The notes under the pieces are model-generated. The model ran no database searches and was not told where the DNA came from. It saw nothing but the letters and a program-made list of their open reading frames with translations. Shown piece by piece: positions 57,079 through 64,000 of a stretch of 64,000 nt of DNA. Each line of letters starts with the position of its first letter. Position 1 is the first letter of the stretch. Source of the stretch: Candidatus Eiseniibacteriota bacterium (GTDB lineage Bacteria > Eisenbacteria > RBG-16-71-46 > CAVPCR01); NCBI GenBank assembly GCA_963823555.1, contig CAWGMA010000003.1:672001-736000 (forward strand), given 5' to 3'. The position numbers and the translations under genes are program-made.

Positions 57079-57724
57079 TCAGCGGAGCCGCACCAGCTTG
57101 GCGGCGCCGCCTCGCGTTCCGTTCCGGACCAGGTAGACGCCGGGCGGTACCTCACGGCCGCGCGAGTCGCGTCCATCCCACTCCACCACGGTGGCGCCGG
57201 AAGCCGTGGCCACAAGCCGGGTCGACCAGACCCGCCGCCCGCTGATATCGAACACCTCGAGCCAGCGCGGTTCCGCTGGCGTCGATTCGAAGAAGATGCG
57301 CACGGCTTGCCCCGCGCTCGGATTTCTGCCCGCGGAACACCATGATGTCGCCATAGTTGCTGGTGACGACGGCATCGAGGCGGAGATCTCCGTCCATGTC
57401 CGCGAGGGCGAGCCCGCGTGACCATCCGGCAGTATCGTACTCGATGGCCGGGGCGAAGCTGCCGTCGCCACGGCCGAGCATGACGCAGAGGTGGCCGAGC
57501 ACATCATCGAGGAAGACCAGATCGAGATGCTCGTCCCCGTTCAGGTCTGCCGCACTTGCGTCATAGCTCCCGCGTCCGCTGGCGGCCATATCGATCCGGG
57601 CGGGCCAGAAGAGGGGGGCGGCCTGGCTCGACGTGGGAAGGGCGGCCAAGGTAGCCAGAGTGAAGGCGACCGTGAGGGAATGCAGTAGGAGGTGGTGCTC
57701 GCGGCTCCTTGAGGTCCCGGGCAT
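57079..57724 (-). pseudogene. Internally deleted or frameshifted FG-GAP/VCBS protein with FlgD-Ig tail
   Basis: GAGGAGG RBS, signal, two repeats (DLNGDEHLD, DMDGDLRLD), then frame change near 57330 into NPSAGQ..FDISGRRV..WDGRDSRGREVPPGVY. Confidence 0.75.
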
Positions 57725-57969
57725 GGCGTCCTCCTCGATAGGGGGCTTTCCGGTCCAATGGTCTTCCCGGGACAGGCGAGCCACACCTCGCCCTCGGTGG
57801 CGCAAGCATGCCTCTGATCAGAGGATACTCCTTCAGGGCCGAAGATTTTCTAACATCCTCATTGTAGATTTTCCATGTCGGCCGGTTATCTCCCCCCCCC
57901 ATGGCAAGGGGCCGGCTCGCGCGCTCGGCGCGAGCCGGCCCCAGTTCGATCCAGGCGGACCGGTCAGGA

Positions 57970-59679
57970 TCAGTAGTAGTAGTTCCGATCGGTGGGCGTG
58001 GTCGGCGCCTCGACATCGTTGCCGCCGAGAATCACGACGTGGGCCCCGCCGGCCGCATCCACATAGGTGATGGCGGCATGATTGAAGAACGGAACGCCCC
58101 CGGCGCTCGTGATCGTCTGCGAGCCGGTCGCGCCGTTGAAGCTGCTGATCGTGCCGTCGGGGTTGATCTCGGCATACTGGTGCTCGGTCGCCGAGTTGCG
58201 GGCTCCATTGTAGAGCCCCCCGCTCACGAGCACGGTGCCGCCCGCGACGAGCGCGGTGTGCTTGGCCACCGCCTTGATCAACGAGCTCGGATTCAAGCTC
58301 CACGATCCCTCGATCTCCGCGGTGCGCAGACCGAGCTTGGCCCGGAGGATATCGGCGGTCTCGGTGGTCGTCGTGGTTGCCGACTGCGGCGGCGTCGTTC
58401 CGCGTTCGCCGCCGACCATGTAGAGCACGTCGGCGAACTGGATCAGGCTCGCATAGGAGCGCGGCTCCGGAAGCGTGGCCTGGCTCTCCCAGGGTCCGAG
58501 GTGGCCATCGGGCTCGATATGCGCCCGATGGACTTCCGCCACCGCCTCGTGACCGAGGGTAGCGCCGCCGGTGACGTAGAGCCACGAGCGGAAGACAGCG
58601 ATGCCCATCGAATGGAGCGGTGCCGGCAGCATCGCCTCCTCCGTCCACGATCCCACCGCACGGTCGGTAGACACCGCGGCGCGGAAAACGCTGCGCGTTG
58701 GCGCGCCGCTGGCATCGAGCCCGCCAGCGACGAAGAGGTGTCCGGCAACCATCGTATCGACAAGCGCGTTATAGGGTGTGGCCAGGGCCATACCGTGGAA
58801 CGCCCGGGACTCCGGCAGCGACGCTTCCGAAAGCCAGGACGAGATGGCACCGGTCTGGTCGACCTGCGCTCTGAGCACCTGGTTGCGCGGCGACAGGCTG
58901 CCGTCGGCCCCTCCGGTCACGAAGATGACGTTTTGCCTTCCCGCATCTTCTCCCGAGAGGAAGACCGCCTTGTGGCCCTGAGAGGCAGAAGGCAGGGGTG
59001 TCGTCTCGGTCCAGAAGATCTGGGAGGGACTGAACGTGGCGGCCTCGCTCAAGATGAACTGGACCGTCCGGCTGGTTCCGGTCGGGGTCTCGATCCACAC
59101 CGGGCCCGTGACTGCCGACTGGGGCACCGTGGCCACGATGAAGTCGTTCGTCCACTGTCCCGCAGCGGAGAAGTCGGCCGCTACCGGCTGACCACCGTCC
59201 GCCGTGAACCACGCCGAGCCTTTTCCGACCAGATCGCCGAAGGCATGCCCCTCGAAGAGAATGGTGCTGCCGCGGAGCCCGCTCGGCCGGGCGACGCCGT
59301 TGACGACATCGAGATCAGGGGGCACCGCACGATAGGCGCCGGGAAGCGCGGCGAGACGTCCTCCCGGGTTCGTCACTGTCAGGTCGTAAGCTGTCCCGGC
59401 CACGAGCCCGTCCGGAGCGTGCACGAGCAAGGTGGTCGGTGAGACCACGGTGATGCTCGTCGCCTCGATGTCACCGAAGCGCACACCGAGGCCCGAGGCG
59501 AAGTCGGCGCCGATGATCTGGACCTCGGTGCCGACGGTGCCGCTGTCGGGTTCGATCGCGTTCAGGACCGGCTCGAGTCCCTCGGGACCGGTCGAGTCCT
59601 TCCCGCAGCCAACATTGCCGAAGGCGAGCCCGATCGTGGCGGCGATCACCACCAAGGTGGCGAAGCGCTTCGCGATCAT
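57970..59679 (-). CDS. Lipoprotein with IPT/TIG domains and Kelch-like repeats
   Basis: NVGC lipobox; IEPDSGTVGTEVQIIG..TVTNPGG; repeated (F/Y)V(T/A)GG..W....LP units. Confidence 0.85.
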   Translation of the reverse strand: MIAKRFATLVVIAATIGLAFGNVGCGKDSTGPEGLEPVLNAIEPDSGTVGTEVQIIGADFASGLGVRFGDIEATSITVVSPTTLLVHAPDGLVAGTAYDLTVTNPGGRLAALPGAYRAVPPDLDVVNGVARPSGLRGSTILFEGHAFGDLVGKGSAWFTADGGQPVAADFSAAGQWTNDFIVATVPQSAVTGPVWIETPTGTSRTVQFILSEAATFSPSQIFWTETTPLPSASQGHKAVFLSGEDAGRQNVIFVTGGADGSLSPRNQVLRAQVDQTGAISSWLSEASLPESRAFHGMALATPYNALVDTMVAGHLFVAGGLDASGAPTRSVFRAAVSTDRAVGSWTEEAMLPAPLHSMGIAVFRSWLYVTGGATLGHEAVAEVHRAHIEPDGHLGPWESQATLPEPRSYASLIQFADVLYMVGGERGTTPPQSATTTTTETADILRAKLGLRTAEIEGSWSLNPSSLIKAVAKHTALVAGGTVLVSGGLYNGARNSATEHQYAEINPDGTISSFNGATGSQTITSAGGVPFFNHAAITYVDAAGGAHVVILGGNDVEAPTTPTDRNYYY

Positions 59680-59900
59680 GCGCACTGATGAATGAACGAA
59701 AACACGGAACATGGCAGGACCTCGAACAGGGTGGAGCCGGAGCACCGGCCAGGGTAGGGGAGGGACCTGGCGCCCGCCGCGGCGGGCGTCTGCCCCTCAT
59801 CGAGTCATCGGGATTCCGCGAGCAGATCTTTAGCGGGGGAGGATGGGGAGGCCGGCGGCCCCGGGACCGCCGGCCGGGCAAGTTGCTATGAGTGCAGGCG

Positions 59901-60893
59901 TTACTGGCCCTGTCCCACCGCCAGCGGCTCGGCCGCATAGATCAGGGTCGCGATCGAGTCGCCCTGGCGGTACGTGAGGGCGAGCCGGGTGGCGAGGAAG
60001 GAGAACTTGTTCACGGCCGTGAGGGCCTTCAGGTAGCGATCCTCGAGCAGCGTGATCTCCTCCTCGCAGGCCCGTCGCGTCGAGGCCATGCGATCATCGA
60101 TGGTGATATCTCCGGGCATCTCGCCAGCGCTGACGTTTCCATTGTACCGATTGCATCCCGAAGACCCGGTAAGGCGCGAGCCATCGAACTGGAGCGTGAT
60201 GCGCGGTTCGACCGGGGCCGGCTGGTTCCAGGCGAAGCTCTTGAGGACCCACTCGACTCCTGCCAGGTCCTCGATGGAGAGCGTTCCCGTCGCGGTCGCG
60301 GCGATCTCTTTCAGCGCCCCGGGCTCCAGGGCGAAGACGCGGGTTGCCTTCTGCGACGGGCAGCACATGGCATCTTCGGGTCCCGCCTCGACCAGGTCGA
60401 GCACGAGCCTCGAGTCCACGAGTCGAGCGTGCATGACCTGGACCCGATCCCCGAGCGGCGCGGTGCCGAGATTCTCGGCCGCCGTACCGCGCCCGCCAAC
60501 CACCGCTGCATGAAGGAACGTGCCGGATCCGCCGGAGCTCGTGGCGATGAGAACGATCGCCTCCGGCACGCCATCACCGTTCATGTCGCCAGCGAGCTTG
60601 AAGTCGGGAGCGAGGGTCGCCGAAGGTCGCGAGGCACCGCCCTCCGCGAAGGGCTGGCCCTCCCATTCCCCCGCGGTGAGCGTCACTTCCGGCGCCACGT
60701 CGAGGCCCCGGTAGGTGGCATTGGCGATCTGATCCGCGGTCGGAATCGTTCGTGCCTCCTGCTCGCCGGTGCCGCGCCCGGCAGGCTCGGGTTGCTTGCC
60801 GCAACCAACCGCGAGGATGGCGAGCAGGCTCAGGAACCACATCTCGACGTGCCAGGCTCGGGCACGGATCGAGCGAGGGAACGAGGGGTTCAC
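59901..60893 (-). CDS. META/HslJ domain lipoprotein
   Basis: LAVGC lipobox; DAMCCPS; C-terminal GSSGCNRY..STRRAC; AAGGAGG RBS before GTG. Confidence 0.85.
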   Translation of the reverse strand: MNPSFPRSIRARAWHVEMWFLSLLAILAVGCGKQPEPAGRGTGEQEARTIPTADQIANATYRGLDVAPEVTLTAGEWEGQPFAEGGASRPSATLAPDFKLAGDMNGDGVPEAIVLIATSSGGSGTFLHAAVVGGRGTAAENLGTAPLGDRVQVMHARLVDSRLVLDLVEAGPEDAMCCPSQKATRVFALEPGALKEIAATATGTLSIEDLAGVEWVLKSFAWNQPAPVEPRITLQFDGSRLTGSSGCNRYNGNVSAGEMPGDITIDDRMASTRRACEEEITLLEDRYLKALTAVNKFSFLATRLALTYRQGDSIATLIYAAEPLAVGQGQ

Positions 60894-61063
60894 GCGAGTT
60901 TCCTCCTTCAGCGGGAGCGATGAGCGGCGACCATTCCAGGAACTGCGGGCTGGAGCGTACACCAATTCGCCTCAGGTCGTGCCCAAAGCGAGGGGCCGGC
61001 GGGGTGACCCGCCGGCCCTTTTGCTCGACCGCTAATCCTCGGCCGTCCGATGTCCTGCCGGAG

Positions 61064-62383
61064 CTAGCGCACGCCGGCCTCGGCGAGCAGCTTCTCCGAC
61101 CGCTTCTCGATCGGAACAAAATCGCGCTCGCCGTACCCGTTGTAGACCTGGCGCGGGCGCGCGATCTTCTGCTCCTTGTCGAGGAGCATCTCCTGCCATT
61201 GAGCGATCCAGCCCGACGTACGCGGGATCGCGAACAGCACTGTGAACATCTCGGTGGGGAATCCCATCGCCTGATAGATGATCCCCGAGTAGAAGTCCAC
61301 GTTCGGGTAGAGACGGCGCTTGACGAAGTACTCGTCCTCGAGGGCGATGCGCTCGAGTTCGAGCGCGATGTCGAGGAGCGGGTTCTTCCCGGTGATCGCG
61401 AACACCTTGTCCGCGGTCTCCTTTATGATCCGCGCGCGTGGATCGTAGTTCTTGTAGATGCGGTGCCCGAAGCCCATCAGGAGCCGATCCCCGGACTTCA
61501 CCTGCTTGATGAACTCCGGCACGCGGTCCTTGGAGCCGATCTCTCCCAGCATCTCGAGCACTTCCTGGTTGGCGCCGCCGTGGAGCGGGCCGTAGAGGGC
61601 CGCCACCGCCGCCGCGCACGCCGAGTAGGGATCGGTGTGGGAGCTGCCGACGCCACGCATGGCGTTGGCGCTGCAGTTCTGCTCATGATCGGCATGCAGG
61701 ATGAACAGCACATCGAGCGCCTTGGCCAGCACCGGGTTCGGCTTGTACTTGGGCTCACTCATCCGCCACAACATGCTCAGGAAGTTCTCGCTGTAGCTCA
61801 GTTCGTTGTCCGGATAGACATAGGGCATGCCGCGGCTGTGGCGATACGCGAAGGCCGCCAACGTCGGCATCTTGCCGATGAGCCGATAGGTCTGCTTCAG
61901 GCGGTTGGCCGGGTCCTGGATGTGGCGCGAATCCGGATAGAACGTGGACAGGGCGCCCACCGTGCTCACGAGCATGCCCATCGGGTGCGCGTCGTGATGG
62001 AACCCGTCCATGAACTTCTTGATGTTCTCATGGACGAACGTGTGATACGTGATGTTGTGAGTCCAGTCGTCGAGCTGGCTCTTGGTCGGCAGCTCGCCAA
62101 AGAGGACGAGATAGGCGACCTCGAGGTACGAGCACTTCTCCGCCAGCTGCTCGATGGGATAGCCGCGATAGCGGAGAATGCCCTTGTCGCCATCAATGAA
62201 GGTGATCTTGCTCTTGCACGAGGCTGTGTTGGTGAAGGCCGGATCGTATGCCATCAGTCCAAAGTCATCATCGCTGACCTTGATCTGACGCAGATCCATG
62301 GCCTTGACGGTCCCATCGGTCACCGGGACCTCATAGGCCTTCCCGGTGCGATTGTCGGTGATGGTGAGAGTGTCCCTGCCCAC
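61064..62383 (-). CDS. gltA: Citrate synthase
   Basis: YDPAFTNTASC, LHADHEQN, GPLHGGAN, MGFGHRIYK, YPNVDFYSG, ARPRQ. Confidence 0.97.
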   Translation of the reverse strand: MGRDTLTITDNRTGKAYEVPVTDGTVKAMDLRQIKVSDDDFGLMAYDPAFTNTASCKSKITFIDGDKGILRYRGYPIEQLAEKCSYLEVAYLVLFGELPTKSQLDDWTHNITYHTFVHENIKKFMDGFHHDAHPMGMLVSTVGALSTFYPDSRHIQDPANRLKQTYRLIGKMPTLAAFAYRHSRGMPYVYPDNELSYSENFLSMLWRMSEPKYKPNPVLAKALDVLFILHADHEQNCSANAMRGVGSSHTDPYSACAAAVAALYGPLHGGANQEVLEMLGEIGSKDRVPEFIKQVKSGDRLLMGFGHRIYKNYDPRARIIKETADKVFAITGKNPLLDIALELERIALEDEYFVKRRLYPNVDFYSGIIYQAMGFPTEMFTVLFAIPRTSGWIAQWQEMLLDKEQKIARPRQVYNGYGERDFVPIEKRSEKLLAEAGVR

Positions 62384-62979
62384 GGTAATCCCCCCTTCGA
62401 CCCAGGGCGTTCGACGCCCGACGATTGCGGCGCCTCCTCGCCACGAGGAAGAGCGCCTGGACGGCAAGACGGCGAGAAGGTCCTCGGTCTCGCCTCGCTG
62501 ATCGCACGATGGCCGGTGCCGCCAGCGTGCGACCCGTTTGGCCCACGCAACCCGGAGGCACCTTGAGGCTTCCAGCGCATCGGGCGGGTCCCGAGGCTCC
62601 AGATTCCGGATCTCCACTCGACGTGCCGCACCGTTCCAGAACCATCGCTGGGAGCCACAACACAAAGGGACTCCTATCGAATGCGCAGGAAAGGTGCCTG
62701 CGCCATCCCCGAAACGACCCGCCCAATGTCCGATTTTACAGGCTGTTACGAGGGCGGATCGAAAGCCGGGAACGAGGAGACCGCTTTCAGCCGACATGTT
62801 GACAGACGCGCTTCATGCAACCTGACAGGCTGACAGCCTCCCCACCGGGCTGCAAGCGGGAACGGCCCATCTCGTCGTCGAGCATCCCGCCATTGACTAT
62901 AACTCCCGCTGCGAGATATCTTTAGAGCGTCTCGACGGGCCGCTAGACACCATTCCCGCCCTGCCCTGCGGAGCGCCAC

Positions 62980-64000
62980 ATGAAGATCCTGGGAACCCTC
63001 TCCCTCCACCTGTTCGCCGCTGCGGTTTTCCTGGCCATCGCTTCCCATCCCGCCGAGGCGGAGACGCTCAAGAGAGTGCAGATCCGAGCATCCAATGCGC
63101 CGGAGCTGGCCACGGAGCTCGAACGATCGGGGTTCGATGTGCTCGCGGGGTCGATCGGCAGGGATTCGTTCGACCTGGTCGTGACCGACGGTGAGCTGGC
63201 CCTGCTCGTGGATCGCGGCTATGCGCCGACAACGCTCGCCGTCGGGCGTCCGTTCCGCGATATCCAGGCCGAGCGGGATGCCGCCGCCCGCGCCGCGGGC
63301 GCGACCGCCGTGCCGCCCGGATACCCGAACCTCGCCGAGATCCTGAATTCGCTGGCCACCGCGGCGGCCACCTACCCCGCCATCTGCGAGTTCGTGGACC
63401 TGACCGCCCGCTATGGAACGCCGCCGACGGTCGAGGGCCGTCATCTCTACGCTCTCAAGATCTCGGATAACGTGAGCGTCGAGGAGGATGAGCCGGCGTT
63501 CCTCCTCGTGGCCGACCACCACGCGCGTGAGATCGTGACCCCTGTGATCGCGCTCCATGCCGTGACCGAGCTCACGAGCAGCTATGGCAGCGATCCCGCG
63601 ATCACCGCCCTCGTCGACGCCAACGAGATCTGGATTGCTCCGGTGTGGAATCCCGACGGTTACGAGCACGTCTTCAACATCAACAACCTGTGGCGGAAGA
63701 ACAGGCGCGTGTTCGCGACCGGCGTCGGCGTGGACATCAATCGCAACTATCCCCAGGGATGGTCGAATGCGTGCTCGGGATCGACCTCGCCGAGCAGCGA
63801 GACCTACAAGGGACCGGCGCCGGCTTCCGAGGCCGAGACCCAGACCATGATCGCCTGGAGCCTCGATCAGCGTTTCGCCAAGGTGATCGACTACCACTCC
63901 TCGGGGCGTGAGCTCCTGCGCGGCTATGCCTGCTGGACCCACCCCTTCGATGCCTACTTGGATGGCGAGGCGGCGGCGATCTCGCTCGCCTCGGGCTACG
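62980..64000 (+). CDS. Secreted M14 zinc carboxypeptidase (carboxypeptidase T-like), 3'-truncated; absent from the supplied ORF track
   Basis: Manual translation from ATG 62980: signal MKILGTLSLHLFAAAVFLAIA, HHARE, NPDG, WRKNRR, GVDINRNY, DYHSSG; no stop before the window end. Confidence 0.92.
   Translation, partial: MKILGTLSLHLFAAAVFLAIASHPAEAETLKRVQIRASNAPELATELERSGFDVLAGSIGRDSFDLVVTDGELALLVDRGYAPTTLAVGRPFRDIQAERDAAARAAGATAVPPGYPNLAEILNSLATAAATYPAICEFVDLTARYGTPPTVEGRHLYALKISDNVSVEEDEPAFLLVADHHAREIVTPVIALHAVTELTSSYGSDPAITALVDANEIWIAPVWNPDGYEHVFNINNLWRKNRRVFATGVGVDINRNYPQGWSNACSGSTSPSSETYKGPAPASEAETQTMIAWSLDQRFAKVIDYHSSGRELLRGYACWTHPFDAYLDGEAAAISLASGY

Noticed and set aside
57901..59442. 513-aa plus-strand ORF
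   Set aside because: Antisense shadow of the IPT-Kelch lipoprotein
60752..62566. 604-aa plus-strand ORF
   Set aside because: Antisense to citrate synthase
62746..63942. 398-aa minus-strand ORF
   Set aside because: Antisense to the M14 carboxypeptidase, which has clear motifs

Overview
GC-rich bacterial chromosomal window with about 45 intact CDS and four pseudogene remnants. I found no rRNA, complete tRNA, CRISPR array, integrase or transposase. Housekeeping genes (class I fumarase, citrate synthase, MsrBA, aminotransferases, peptidases, transporters) are mixed with many secreted proteins. Five secreted proteins (one broken) end in a FlgD-Ig/T9SS-like C-terminal domain. Five other, unrelated secreted proteins end in one short shared motif, [VTI][EDK][PS]x[TS]WGx[IVL]Kxx[FY]-COOH. 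One passenger domain appears twice, once with each tail, so the short motif is a strong candidate for an uncharacterised C-terminal sorting signal; its cargo includes a tetraheme cytochrome c. Other notable items: a DsrC (CX10C)-DsrM-like-DsrK-like operon with no dsrAB in the window, a divergent pair of non-RD Ser/Thr kinase-TPR proteins (one with a STAND ATPase), four radical SAM enzymes, a very Met-rich secreted CxxC protein, an atypical SDR, and a structured non-coding segment reminiscent of an IS110-family non-coding end. The gene content suggests an FCB-associated lineage such as Eisenbacteria, Krumholzibacteriota or Latescibacterota (inference only). Starts were refined by eye from RBS and signal-peptide position; no database searches were run.
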